Positions 41,965 to 51,883 of a DNA stretch of 64,000 nt are shown here, in pieces (position 1 is the stretch's first letter; every line of letters begins with the position of its first letter). Below the pieces are notes generated by a model. The model did not search any database. It had not been told where the DNA came from and was given only the letters and a program-made list of their open reading frames with translations. Source of the stretch: an uncultured delta proteobacterium (GTDB lineage Bacteria; Desulfobacterota; Desulfomonilia; UBA1062); contig CAWAUM010000013.1 in NCBI GenBank assembly GCA_963785235.1, forward strand, positions 64,001 through 128,000. Direction: 5' to 3'. The translations under genes were made by a program, and so were the position numbers.

Positions 41965-44900
41965 TTAAGCCAGTAAACGGCCTATGGCTTCTTGCATCTG
42001 GGAACGGGAAAAGGGTTTGAGAATGAACTCATTAATGCCGGTATTCTTTTCCTGCAGTTCCTGCATGATTTCTTCTGAGCCCGAGCAAAGTATTACCGGG
42101 ATGTCCTGACGGATCTGACGGATATGCCCTGCCAGTTCATGACCTTTCATCCGGGGCATGACCTGGTCCGTTATAACCAGGGAGAACATCTTCGGTTCGT
42201 CTCTGAAGATTTTGAGCGCCTCCTGGGGATCGGATGTTGATGTCACTTGATATCCGAGATGGATCAGCAACTGGTGGATGCTGCGTAAGTCACCGACATT
42301 GTCGTCTGCAAGGAGGATATGTTTTTCTCCATGACCTTGAGATTGCCTGAGCTGCCTATGGGCTTGATCCTGGGGATCAGTGTATTGAGGAAAATACACT
42401 TCGAATTTTGCCCCTTTCCCGGTATCGCTTGAGAGAAGTATCGATCCATTCGCATTCTTGACCAGTTCGTGCACTACAGCAAGCCCCAACCCGGTGCCCT
42501 TGCTTGACTTCTTGGTAGAAAAGAATGGATCGAATATCCTGTCCCTGATATCCGGGCTTATTCCGGTTCCGGTATCCCGGACTGTCAGTTTCAGATATTT
42601 TCCCGGCTTGAGGTCGGATACGAGGGCCGCGGTATAGGAAGCTATTTCAGTTTCCTTGAGGGAAACACCAAGAAATCCTTTGCCTGATTTCATGGCCTGG
42701 ACAGCATTATTGCACAGGTTGAGAATGAGTTGATGAATCTGGGTCTGGTCAACCCTGACAAGGCCTTCCCTTGCATTTATCCATTGTTTGAAGGTAATTC
42801 GTGAAGGGATCGACCTTTTCATGAGGTTAAGCGCATCCTGAACAACAGGACCTATGGTAATAGGCTTGCAGAAAGATCCCTTTCTGGAGCCGAACAGCTT
42901 TATCTGCCTGATGAGATTCTTCCCGAGATGGGCTGCATCAATGATCTGGTCCAAGTATTCCCGCTCCTGCGTTCCGTGAGGGAGGATATCCGAGATGAGT
43001 TCCGAATTGATGAGGATGGGCTGGAGCACGTTATTGAAGTCGTGGGCAATACCCCCTGCAAGCTTGCCCAGGGCCTCTATTTTCTGGGCTTGTATGAGCT
43101 GGTTTTCGAGCCTCTTCTTTTCTTCTTCGGCCAGCTTGCGTTCGGTTATATCGCGGGCCGCTGCAAATACGCCGAGCGCTCTGCCTTCCTGATCGTGATA
43201 GAGGGATGCGTTGTACAGGACAGGGGTAATGAGACCATCGTGATGAAGCATATCAAGGGGATAGTCCTGTATCTTTCCTTCACTGAATACCTGCTCATAT
43301 CCGGCACGGGCCTTGTCCGGTTCGGTGAAATAATCGGAAAAATCAGTGTTGATAAGCTCTCTTCGGCTGCGGCCTGTCACCTTTTCCGTAGCCATGTTCA
43401 CGTCCGTGATCCTGCCGTTGACATCAATGGTCACCAGGGGATCAAGGCTCGCCTCGATGAGGCTTCTGTTATAGGCGCCTGCCAGCCTTAAGGCATTCTC
43501 CGCCTTTTTGCGCTGGGTTATTTCAGCTACGAGTTGCCTGTTTCTGGCCTGCACTTCAGTTGTGCGTTCCTTTACGAGATCTTCCAGTTTATCCTTATGC
43601 CTGCATAATTCATCCTCCGCGAGTTTTCGCTGGGTAATGTCCATGAATATGACGGCAAACTGTTCCGGAGCAGGACGATAGGCAAATGCCTCATAGTGCC
43701 GATTGAGGACCGGAGAATAATTTTCAAAGTGCACAGGTTCTCCGGTGAGCGCGACAGAACCATAGGCCTTTACCCATTTTGGGTCATCATCAGGCAGAAC
43801 CTGCAGCATGGTCTTGCCCACCACATCTTCCCTTTTGAGGCCGGTGAGCCGTTCAAAGGCCGGGTTCGCATCGATGAATCGATAATCACAGGGTATGCCT
43901 TTCTCATCGCATATGATCTCGTGCAGGGCAAACCCCTCGGACATGGAACTGAAGAGGTGGTGGAAGCGCTGCTCGCTCTTCCTGAGGGCCTCCTCGGCTA
44001 TTATCCGCTTGCTTATATCTCCGTAGGTTATTGCAACGCCATATTCTTCCAGGGGTATGGGTGCAGCAGTGACATTGATCCAGGTAATGTCACCATTGCC
44101 TTTCACAATGCCCATTTCAACATTCTCCACAAGGCAGTTGTTTTTGAGTGCAATGACGCTGGCATATTCATCTTCGGGCATGTCACTGCCGTCTGGCCTG
44201 ATAACCCGCCATTCCTGACCTGCGATGCCCCTGTTTTCAAGTTCCTCCCGAGAGATCCCAAGCAACCGTTCAGCTTCCTTGCTGCTTTCGATAATGTTGC
44301 CAACTTTGTCTGTTATGGTGATCCCCAAAGGAAATGAGTTGAAGAGCACTTTGTATTTCGCGAGACTGATCTTATATTCCTTATCGATCTGCCTCTGTTT
44401 GGTGACATCATATGCAACCTCCCCCGCCCCCACCACAGTGCCATTGGCATCCCGCAGGGGTGTCTGGATCACGCTGTAAACGCGACGGTAGCGACCGGGA
44501 TCGCCGAATTCAATGGTCTTGATTACACTCTCACCACCCAGTATTCGGCCCCACGCCTCTACAGCGAGCTTCCGCTGCCCGGGCATATGGGCAAAAAGTT
44601 CGATCATGCTCATACCGATATGGATATCCTTGCCGGTGAGCCGCTTTAACTCTTCCTGATATGTTGTATTAAAGTAAGTGTAGCGGAAGTTTGTATCCAC
44701 GGCTGCGATAATCACTTCCGTTCCTCTCGTTATGGCCTCCAGCAGTTCGTGCGTCTGCTTCAGCTCCTTCTCAGAGTGTTTCCGTTCGGTGATGTCGCGG
44801 ATTATGATCTGGATGGCAGGCTCGCCCTGGAAGTCGATTGTGCCGCCCACGGTCTCCACATCGGTGATGCGACCATCCAGGCTCACCATTTTTGTTTCCC

Positions 44901-46149
44901 GTAATGGCGCTTTATGTTCAAGTTGAATCTGCATTATACGTGCTTCTATTGCAGCCCGGTCGTCTTGATGAATCAGGTCCAGAACTGTTCTGGTCTGCAA
45001 TTGTTTGAGTGTTCTGGCGCCATAGAGTTTCAGTGCAACCGAATTGGCATAGAGAAAATACCCGTCACGATGGACGATGATGCCGTCAGGGGATGATTCA
45101 ACCAGAGACCGGTAACGCACTTCGCTTTCACTCAGGGCAACCTGTGTCTGGATGCGCTGCATGGCTATAGCCACTTGATCGGCAACGGTCTTCATTATGG
45201 AGATCTCATCGCTTGAGAAGTGAGGACGGGTTCTGGTGCCGAAAGAGAGCGTGCCTATTACCCTGCCCTGGGCCAGGAGGGGATGGCAGCAATAGGCCTG
45301 GATCCCATAAGATTTTACCAGATTGGTCCTTGGATCAGCGGTACTGGCGATATCCTCGGCAATGATTCGGCTGCCCTCCTGGGCTGCACAGCCGCAGACA
45401 GCCACTCCGTAATCCAGCCATTCGATCTTCCGGGCTTCCTCCTCGGGGATGCCTGCAAATGCATTCAGGCGGAGACGCCCTGACTCATCATCCGCCAGGA
45501 AATTGAAGAATGCCTGACAGTCCAGGTGTTCCATCACCCGGGGGCACAGTTCATTGACAATAGCCTGCGGATCATCAGATTCCAGGAGCCGTTCTGCCGT
45601 CTCGGAAAGCATCTTGAACCGGGCTTCACTCTTTCTCAGTGATTCCTCGGCCAAGGTCCGTTCGGTAATATCATGCCAGACCGTGACCGAGCCTGTGATG
45701 CTGTCTCCCATACACATGGGACCCGAAGAGGCCTCCACTACCCTGTCGGTATTGTCTGACCTCTTTACCAGGAAGCATGCACCAGTCACCTTTTCTCCCC
45801 GCAGCGCCCGGGGTGTAGGCTGTTCCTCCAAAATGAACGACCGACCGTCCAGCCATCGGCAAGAAACACGCTTTATAATGTCTTTGATATTGAGGCCAAC
45901 AGGATCGAATCCATAATTTTCCAAGAACGACTGATTCGCCCGGAGAACATTCATGTCCGCGCCGTAGATGAGCACAGCATCGTTTTGAGCCGCAAAGACT
46001 GCCTCCAGCTCGGCAGCACGTTTTAAAAGCTCCTGCTCGAAATGGGCACACTCAGCATGCATCCTTTCGAGTTCAGCAATTCTCTGGCGTGCTTGTGCAA
46101 GCTCCTTCAGGAGTTGTACCTTTGATTTCTTTCCTTCAGACATGGCCAT
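41965..46149 (-). CDS. Cytoplasmic hybrid histidine kinase (PAS-GAF-multi-PAS-HisKA-HATPase-REC)
   Basis: Repeated DITER-type PAS ends, Cys-rich GAF (VCGC, YCCHP), LAGGIAHDFNN, GTGLGL and a C-terminal receiver (TDQVMP). Confidence 0.95.
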   Translation of the reverse strand: MAMSEGKKSKVQLLKELAQARQRIAELERMHAECAHFEQELLKRAAELEAVFAAQNDAVLIYGADMNVLRANQSFLENYGFDPVGLNIKDIIKRVSCRWLDGRSFILEEQPTPRALRGEKVTGACFLVKRSDNTDRVVEASSGPMCMGDSITGSVTVWHDITERTLAEESLRKSEARFKMLSETAERLLESDDPQAIVNELCPRVMEHLDCQAFFNFLADDESGRLRLNAFAGIPEEEARKIEWLDYGVAVCGCAAQEGSRIIAEDIASTADPRTNLVKSYGIQAYCCHPLLAQGRVIGTLSFGTRTRPHFSSDEISIMKTVADQVAIAMQRIQTQVALSESEVRYRSLVESSPDGIIVHRDGYFLYANSVALKLYGARTLKQLQTRTVLDLIHQDDRAAIEARIMQIQLEHKAPLRETKMVSLDGRITDVETVGGTIDFQGEPAIQIIIRDITERKHSEKELKQTHELLEAITRGTEVIIAAVDTNFRYTYFNTTYQEELKRLTGKDIHIGMSMIELFAHMPGQRKLAVEAWGRILGGESVIKTIEFGDPGRYRRVYSVIQTPLRDANGTVVGAGEVAYDVTKQRQIDKEYKISLAKYKVLFNSFPLGITITDKVGNIIESSKEAERLLGISREELENRGIAGQEWRVIRPDGSDMPEDEYASVIALKNNCLVENVEMGIVKGNGDITWINVTAAPIPLEEYGVAITYGDISKRIIAEEALRKSEQRFHHLFSSMSEGFALHEIICDEKGIPCDYRFIDANPAFERLTGLKREDVVGKTMLQVLPDDDPKWVKAYGSVALTGEPVHFENYSPVLNRHYEAFAYRPAPEQFAVIFMDITQRKLAEDELCRHKDKLEDLVKERTTEVQARNRQLVAEITQRKKAENALRLAGAYNRSLIEASLDPLVTIDVNGRITDVNMATEKVTGRSRRELINTDFSDYFTEPDKARAGYEQVFSEGKIQDYPLDMLHHDGLITPVLYNASLYHDQEGRALGVFAAARDITERKLAEEEKKRLENQLIQAQKIEALGKLAGGIAHDFNNVLQPILINSELISDILPHGTQEREYLDQIIDAAHLGKNLIRQIKLFGSRKGSFCKPITIGPVVQDALNLMKRSIPSRITFKQWINAREGLVRVDQTQIHQLILNLCNNAVQAMKSGKGFLGVSLKETEIASYTAALVSDLKPGKYLKLTVRDTGTGISPDIRDRIFDPFFSTKKSSKGTGLGLAVVHELVKNANGSILLSSDTGKGAKFEVYFPQYTDPQDQAHRQLRQSQGHGEKHILLADDNVGDLRSIHQLLIHLGYQVTSTSDPQEALKIFRDEPKMFSLVITDQVMPRMKGHELAGHIRQIRQDIPVILCSGSEEIMQELQEKNTGINEFILKPFSRSQMQEAIGRLLA

Positions 46150-46433
46150 GCAAACCACCACCCATTGTAGTTATTCTTCATGATGTTCAATGGGGATTCC
46201 CCATTACTCAGTCCCTTAAAAGCAATTAACACTGCATCAAGCAAAACAGGACAATCAACATGAAACCTGGTAAAGAGATATTATAGTACGGTTTCAAGGG
46301 AATGGAATATGTGCAAAAGGATTTTATCTTGATTGTTACCCCATGACCTGGATTGCATGGTTATTGAATCCCCAGCCCATACCCTCATCACCCTGGAAAC
46401 AGTCGAATCATATGATAATGATCACCACAACTT

Positions 46434-47219
46434 TCAGTTCTGAATCTCTCCCTTATGCATATAACCAATCCGACAGGTTCTTTGCGCCTGGGAGGAATCA
46501 AGGGTGTTCGACTTAAAAAAACTACCTGCCTGATCAACAAAAACCTGTTTCAGCTTTTCCATAGATCTTGTCTGGATCTGCCTCACGCGTTCCCTGCTCA
46601 CACCGAGTTGCATTCCAATCTCTTTGAGCTTTACAGGAGGATCTGAAAAATATCGCTGTTTGAGGACAGAGACCTCTCTTTGTGACAGGAAGGAAAAACA
46701 GTGCTGGAGCAGGGTTGAAATGTTATATGATGCCTCCCTGCCATTATAGAGTATCTCAGGGTCCGTACCATCGGTTACAAAATCTATCCACCGATCCTTG
46801 TCATTATCATCCTTACCAAGATGTTCATCCAGTGAGAACAGATTCTTGGCATGACTCAGGCTTCCGGTATTCACCTTTCCGCTCTTGTTCAAGAAGGCCT
46901 TGATGAAGGCCTCTATCCACCAGACCGCATAGTAGATAAATGGTATTCCGCGTTCAGGATCGAAACGGTTCAGTGCTTTTATCAGCCCAAGATTTCCTTC
47001 CTGAATAATCTCGAGACAATTATGACCGCAATAAAAATATTTCCTGCTCACCTTCACCACAAACTTCAAGTTAGATTGGAGTATCTGCTGCCCGGCAGTT
47101 TCATCTCCCTTCTGATACCGCTTTGCCAGTTCAAATTCCTTCTCGTGGGTAAGGGTCGAGTAGTGCTGTATCTGCCGGTAGTACTGCAGAAAATCTCCAT
47201 AATCAAACAATTTTTCCAT
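46434..47219 (-). CDS. RpoH-like alternative sigma70 factor with domain 3 largely missing
   Basis: Region 1.2, SNLKFVVKV, IQEGNLGL, FDPERG..YYAVWWI, and region 4 LKEIG..LGVSRERVRQI. Confidence 0.88.
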   Translation of the reverse strand: MEKLFDYGDFLQYYRQIQHYSTLTHEKEFELAKRYQKGDETAGQQILQSNLKFVVKVSRKYFYCGHNCLEIIQEGNLGLIKALNRFDPERGIPFIYYAVWWIEAFIKAFLNKSGKVNTGSLSHAKNLFSLDEHLGKDDNDKDRWIDFVTDGTDPEILYNGREASYNISTLLQHCFSFLSQREVSVLKQRYFSDPPVKLKEIGMQLGVSRERVRQIQTRSMEKLKQVFVDQAGSFFKSNTLDSSQAQRTCRIGYMHKGEIQN

Positions 47220-47252
47220 GAAGATCCCCTTCTCTTTTGTGTTGTAACATCA

Positions 47253-47525
47253 TCAAATTATAAACAATTCAGCATATTTTTTTCTGATGTCCAGGGTATT
47301 TCTGAATCTGATCTGTCCCGACTCAAACATGTGGGCCACCCTTTCTATTGCAGAAGAGGTATGACCATGATTATTCGGCCTTTGACCATCAACGCCCTTC
47401 TCAGCCCTTGATTGATTGCCCTGTTCTGAATCAATGACTGTCATGAGATCGTACAGGGTAGTGGTTATGGTTGAGGTCGGTAAAGAGTTATGTGATCCTG
47501 TTTCATTGAGCGTATTCATTGGCAA
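47253..47525 (-). CDS. Small hypothetical protein
   Basis: GGAGG RBS; TTTLYDLM...VAHMFESGQIRF; sits between a sigma54 promoter and the sigma gene. Confidence 0.7.
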   Translation of the reverse strand: MPMNTLNETGSHNSLPTSTITTTLYDLMTVIDSEQGNQSRAEKGVDGQRPNNHGHTSSAIERVAHMFESGQIRFRNTLDIRKKYAELFII

Positions 47526-47606
47526 CCTCCCGTTGAATAAGATGAAAACCTGACATCGTTTTCAATGACTCCACATGAACATTCTTATCTCACAGACATA
47601 GACGTA

Positions 47607-47622
47607 TACAATTGGTGTGCCA
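47607..47622 (-). promoter_or_regulatory. Putative sigma54 promoter for the small protein-sigma factor operon
   Basis: TGGCACACCAATTGTA, GG-N10-GT. Confidence 0.6.
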
Positions 47623-47710
47623 CTGGTTGGTATTTTTTATTTATTATTTGGTGTCAATATGTTACAAGCACTCATATCCTGATTGATTTTCTTTGTACTG
47701 TCACTATCTG

Positions 47711-47747
47711 TCTTGCTCAACAGGACTAATCCATCTTCACAGGAATA
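47711..47747. promoter_or_regulatory. Tandem palindromic enhancer-like sites (UAS B)
   Basis: TCTT-N7-AGGA-N4-TCCA-N7-AGGAATA; a possible third site TCCA-N7-CGGA at 47753-47767. Confidence 0.65.
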
Positions 47748-47820
47748 GGCATTCCAGATGACCCGGATCAATCAGGATAAGATGTCGAATAATAATTCCC
47801 CAGACAACCCTTATGCATTA

Positions 47821-48615
47821 TCACACAAAAGGCTCGCTCTTATTCCATCCAAGGCGACTGAAGTATTTCAGGGTTCCCACATGGCCGGTCATATCTCCTG
47901 AATCGCTCGATGAGAGGAATGTAACCAGATCTGCCACCTCTCTGGGATCCTTCAGAATGCCCTGCTCCTTATACTCGATCATCTGGTTGAACAAGCCCTC
48001 GCCAAGCACATCAGGTCCCATGGCACGGATATCGTTTCCTATGGATGTATCCATCAAGCCCGGATCGACTGCATTGACCTGAATATTCAAAAGTTTCAGC
48101 TCCTCGGACAGTGACCTGGTGAGCTGGATGAGCCCGGCTTTGGACACTGAATAGGCACAGAATCGGGGGAATGGCATCTGGCCGAGGCCAGATACGATGT
48201 TGATGATCTTGCCGCCGCCATGGCTGACCATGTAGGGAAGCACTGTGCGGCAGAAAAGGTAGCACCCGGTAAGATTGATATCCAGAGTCCGTTTCCAGAC
48301 AGTGGGTAGCGCATCCTCAAGGAACCGTGCAGGACCCATAATCCCTGCGTTGTTCACGAGGATATCGATCCTGCCGAAACGACTTATGGTCTCGGCCACA
48401 ACAGACTCCACGTCCTGCTTGTCCGTTGTATCACCTGTATGGAGGAGATAATCACCCCCGAGCTTATCTAGTTCTGCAGAGACATCATCAAGCTCTTCCT
48501 TGAGAAGGCTGAACAAGGCCACATTCGCCCCGGAGAGTTCGAATGCGAGTGATATAGCCTTGCCGAGGCCCCTGCCGGCACCGGTGATGATGGCTACTCT
48601 TCCTGTGAGGTTCAT
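47821..48615 (-). CDS. Short-chain dehydrogenase/reductase
   Basis: TGAGRGLG, NNAG and YSVSK. Confidence 0.93.
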   Translation of the reverse strand: MNLTGRVAIITGAGRGLGKAISLAFELSGANVALFSLLKEELDDVSAELDKLGGDYLLHTGDTTDKQDVESVVAETISRFGRIDILVNNAGIMGPARFLEDALPTVWKRTLDINLTGCYLFCRTVLPYMVSHGGGKIINIVSGLGQMPFPRFCAYSVSKAGLIQLTRSLSEELKLLNIQVNAVDPGLMDTSIGNDIRAMGPDVLGEGLFNQMIEYKEQGILKDPREVADLVTFLSSSDSGDMTGHVGTLKYFSRLGWNKSEPFV

Positions 48616-48727
48616 GAGGTTTCTCCTCTTTTTCCGGTTATCAATAAAATACCTGGCATTAAGAGTTGCCTGTTGAAAATCTCATATATTTTTCATCACA
48701 TGAGCTACCATGTGTGCTGGGTAATCC

Positions 48728-49594
48728 CTATGTCCTTCTTGTTTCCAGCAGGGATGCAATTTTTTCACGGTTCACTCCATATTGGTAGAGTGGCCTGGGA
48801 TTGATTCTGTAACTATCCTGACACTCATGGAATGTTGGCTTTTCAGAAGCTGTATATAATACGCCCAGGGCAAACTTATCTGTCCGGACTGCAGTGGAAA
48901 AAGCGGTATATCTGTCAGTTGGATTGTACAACTCATCGATATAATAGGTATGCTCTTTGAACCACTGGTATGTATTGACCCTGTTAAAGGACACACATGG
49001 CTGGAAGATATCCAATAAGGCGAACCCTTTGTGAGTGATTGCCTTTTTCAGGATCTCCTTTGTCCTATCCTCATCCCCTGCAAATGCCCTTGCAACAAAT
49101 GAGGCGTCGAGGGCTATGCCTATGGCAAGGGGGTTGAAAGGGTCCTGACACACTCCTGAAACCTGTACAGGTGTAACAAAACCCCGCATGCTTGTTGGAG
49201 ATGCCTGTCCTTTGGTGAGGCCGTAAACCATATTGTTGTGGATGATTGCCGTAATGTCAGGATTTCTCCTGATTGCATGGAGGAAGTGATTGCCCCCTTC
49301 TCCATACATGCAGCCATCGCCGCTTTCAGCGATTACCGTAAGCTCAGGGTTTGATACCTTCACAGCAGCGGCAACGGGGAGCGATCTACCATGAAGGCCA
49401 TTGAAGAAGTTTGTCTTCAGATACTGGGGGGTCTTGGCTGCCTGGCCGATTCCGGATACGAAGACAAGGGAGCCGGGCCGTATCTCGAGTTCCGCAAGGG
49501 CGGCCTTGAGGGCCGCAAGAATACGGTAGTTGCCGCACCCTGGGCACCAGGCGATATCGCGCGGGCCATCGAGGTCAAAATCGGTTGTACCCAT
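48728..49594 (-). CDS. korB: 2-oxoacid:ferredoxin oxidoreductase beta subunit (KorB-type)
   Basis: [13 protein letters not shown] and [15 protein letters not shown]. Confidence 0.9.
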   Translation of the reverse strand: MGTTDFDLDGPRDIAWCPGCGNYRILAALKAALAELEIRPGSLVFVSGIGQAAKTPQYLKTNFFNGLHGRSLPVAAAVKVSNPELTVIAESGDGCMYGEGGNHFLHAIRRNPDITAIIHNNMVYGLTKGQASPTSMRGFVTPVQVSGVCQDPFNPLAIGIALDASFVARAFAGDEDRTKEILKKAITHKGFALLDIFQPCVSFNRVNTYQWFKEHTYYIDELYNPTDRYTAFSTAVRTDKFALGVLYTASEKPTFHECQDSYRINPRPLYQYGVNREKIASLLETRRT

Positions 49595-49609
49595 TGGCAG
49601 GCCTCCTTT

Positions 49610-51331
49610 CTACAGCAGAGCCTCCAGTTTCTCCACGACTTCTTCGAGCATGAAGGGAAGGCCATCATATTTGAGGATCCTCCCCTCAAACTCAATGCCT
49701 GTCTGCTGCCTTATCAATTTGCCGAACTGGGCAGTAGCGTTGTTTTCTATGATGATCCTTTTTTCGAAGCGCCTGATGATCTCCGCGGCCTTTGGCCAAA
49801 GGGGGTATACCTGGGAGAAATGCAGGAAAGCGAGGTCACCCCCCTTCAGGATATCCAGCGACTCTTTGACCACATTGAATGTTGATCCCCAGCCGACCAC
49901 AAGATGCCTGGAATCTTCACTGCCTATGAGTGTTGGAGGTATGCTTTCGGGCTCCATGGACTTGAATTTCCTGAGCCGTTTATCCACCATGGCCGTCCGC
50001 ATCTGTAAATCTTCGGTTATATAGCCTTCTTCGTCATGCTCATCACTGTCCACGCAAACAAATCCGCTCCCGAAACCGGGTATGCCCCTCGGGGAGACTC
50101 CGTTATCCGTGAGCCGGTATCGCTTATAGCCTGCATCAGTCTCTACTACAAAGCCTTCATGCAACTGGGCCGGGATATCAAGCATCTCCACGGTGTAGGT
50201 AGATTCCAGGTAATGCTGGTCCGTGAGGATAAAGACGGGGATCTGGTACTTATCCGCCATGTAGAAGGCATGTCGTGCCAGGTCGAACCCCTCTTTAACG
50301 GTTCCCGGGGCAAGTATGAGCCTGGGGAATTCTCCATGGCCGGAGTAGAGTGCATGCTCGAGGTCTGCCTGTTCGGTGCGCGTAGGGAGACCGGTGGCCG
50401 GCCCGGGCCGCTGGCCGAGATGAATCACCAGGGGAGACTCTATGCCTCCCGCAAGGCTCAAGCCCTCAACCATCAGGGCATAACCTCCTCCCGAAGTAGT
50501 CACCAGGGCCTTCCCCCCGGCATACCATGATCCTAAAGCCATGTTGACGGCGCTTATCTCATCTTCTGCCTGCTCCACCACAAGCCCGAACTCTTTCGCA
50601 TGCTTTGAAAAGAATATCAGGAGGTTTGTGGATGGGGACATGGGATAGGAAGAGACGAATGTACACCCCCCCAGGAGCCCGCCGATACCGATGGCATCGA
50701 CACCATTCATAAGGAGTTCTTTTGTCACCTGTTCGGATCTTTCAAGAATGGGAAGGACCTGACCCGCTTTCAGCAGGTGTGATCCCTGGTCGTAACCTTT
50801 CCGGACTGCTTCTATGTTTTTCTGTGTGCGATCATCACCTGCCTTGCTGAAGAATCGGCCTATCTGATCCTCGATCAAGTTTTTTTCCAAACAAAAGAGC
50901 CCGGAAAATAAACCGACCAGGATGACATTGATGTAGACCTCTCCTCCAAGTTCTTTGGCTATGCTGACAATGGGGACATCAATGATTGGATGGGTCTTGT
51001 CAGTATACGAGCTGTTCATGGATGTACTATCTCCCAGGATGACCGTCTCGGGGGTTATCCTGTCATGGAAACGCTCCAAGGCCCCTGTATGAAGTGGTAC
51101 GAATATATCGATCCTCCTTCGATAGGAGGCAACCCTTTTTGCAGATATCCGGATCTGTGTGGAATTATTCCCGCCCCTTATCCTGGACATGAATTCGCTG
51201 TATGAAAAGACATAGTACCCCGAGAGCTTGAAAACCCTTGTAATCAGCTGCTCCAGGGTCTGCAGGCCCTGACCTGCTTCGCCTGATAGGACTATGGAGA
51301 AATCTTCTTTTGTCTGGACGGATTTACCCAC
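49610..51331 (-). CDS. korA: 2-oxoacid:ferredoxin oxidoreductase alpha subunit (KorA-type)
   Basis: GEAGQG, YPMSPS, QAEDEI and QRPGPATGLPT. Confidence 0.9.
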   Translation of the reverse strand: MGKSVQTKEDFSIVLSGEAGQGLQTLEQLITRVFKLSGYYVFSYSEFMSRIRGGNNSTQIRISAKRVASYRRRIDIFVPLHTGALERFHDRITPETVILGDSTSMNSSYTDKTHPIIDVPIVSIAKELGGEVYINVILVGLFSGLFCLEKNLIEDQIGRFFSKAGDDRTQKNIEAVRKGYDQGSHLLKAGQVLPILERSEQVTKELLMNGVDAIGIGGLLGGCTFVSSYPMSPSTNLLIFFSKHAKEFGLVVEQAEDEISAVNMALGSWYAGGKALVTTSGGGYALMVEGLSLAGGIESPLVIHLGQRPGPATGLPTRTEQADLEHALYSGHGEFPRLILAPGTVKEGFDLARHAFYMADKYQIPVFILTDQHYLESTYTVEMLDIPAQLHEGFVVETDAGYKRYRLTDNGVSPRGIPGFGSGFVCVDSDEHDEEGYITEDLQMRTAMVDKRLRKFKSMEPESIPPTLIGSEDSRHLVVGWGSTFNVVKESLDILKGGDLAFLHFSQVYPLWPKAAEIIRRFEKRIIIENNATAQFGKLIRQQTGIEFEGRILKYDGLPFMLEEVVEKLEALL

Positions 51332-51633
51332 AGGAACATAGTTAATAATGAGAAATCTGCAGTCAACCCCCTGACGAGAGATATAAGCCAGGATTCACCA
51401 AGTCCCGGAGTATGGGCCTTGGCGCGTGAAACTTTAACTATTAATATTAGATAATTGAGAAATAATCATCTCTCAGGTGCTTGCCCAGGAATTTTCTTTG
51501 ATTATTAAAAGGCAGAGTTAATCATGATGAGGACATCAGGAAAAATTTAAATCTACCTTGATGTCTGAAAATGGAGCTTAGAAACGTTTATCCCGACAGG
51601 TTCACATAACTCGGCAACGGAGGATTCAAACAC

Positions 51634-51822
51634 ATGGTAAAGGCGATGGAGAAAGACATAGTTGGGATCCATGGCAAGAACGGAGAGCATTACTGTCTGG
51701 AGTGTGTACCTGATGATCTCTTCAGGGAGGTAACGCTGGATTCACTCATAACCAGAGGTGAGGTAGAGAAAAATGATGGGGGATACTTCTGTGATTCCTG
51801 TAAAAGGCAGATATCCGCTTAG
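51634..51822 (+). CDS. Small CxxC...CxxC metal-binding protein
   Basis: GGAGG RBS; YCLEC-x28-CDSC. Confidence 0.7.
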   Translation: MVKAMEKDIVGIHGKNGEHYCLECVPDDLFREVTLDSLITRGEVEKNDGGYFCDSCKRQISA

Positions 51823-51883
51823 GCTCAAAAATAGCAGTAACAACATCATCAGGTTCTGAACACATTTTTCCAAAGGAGGCACT

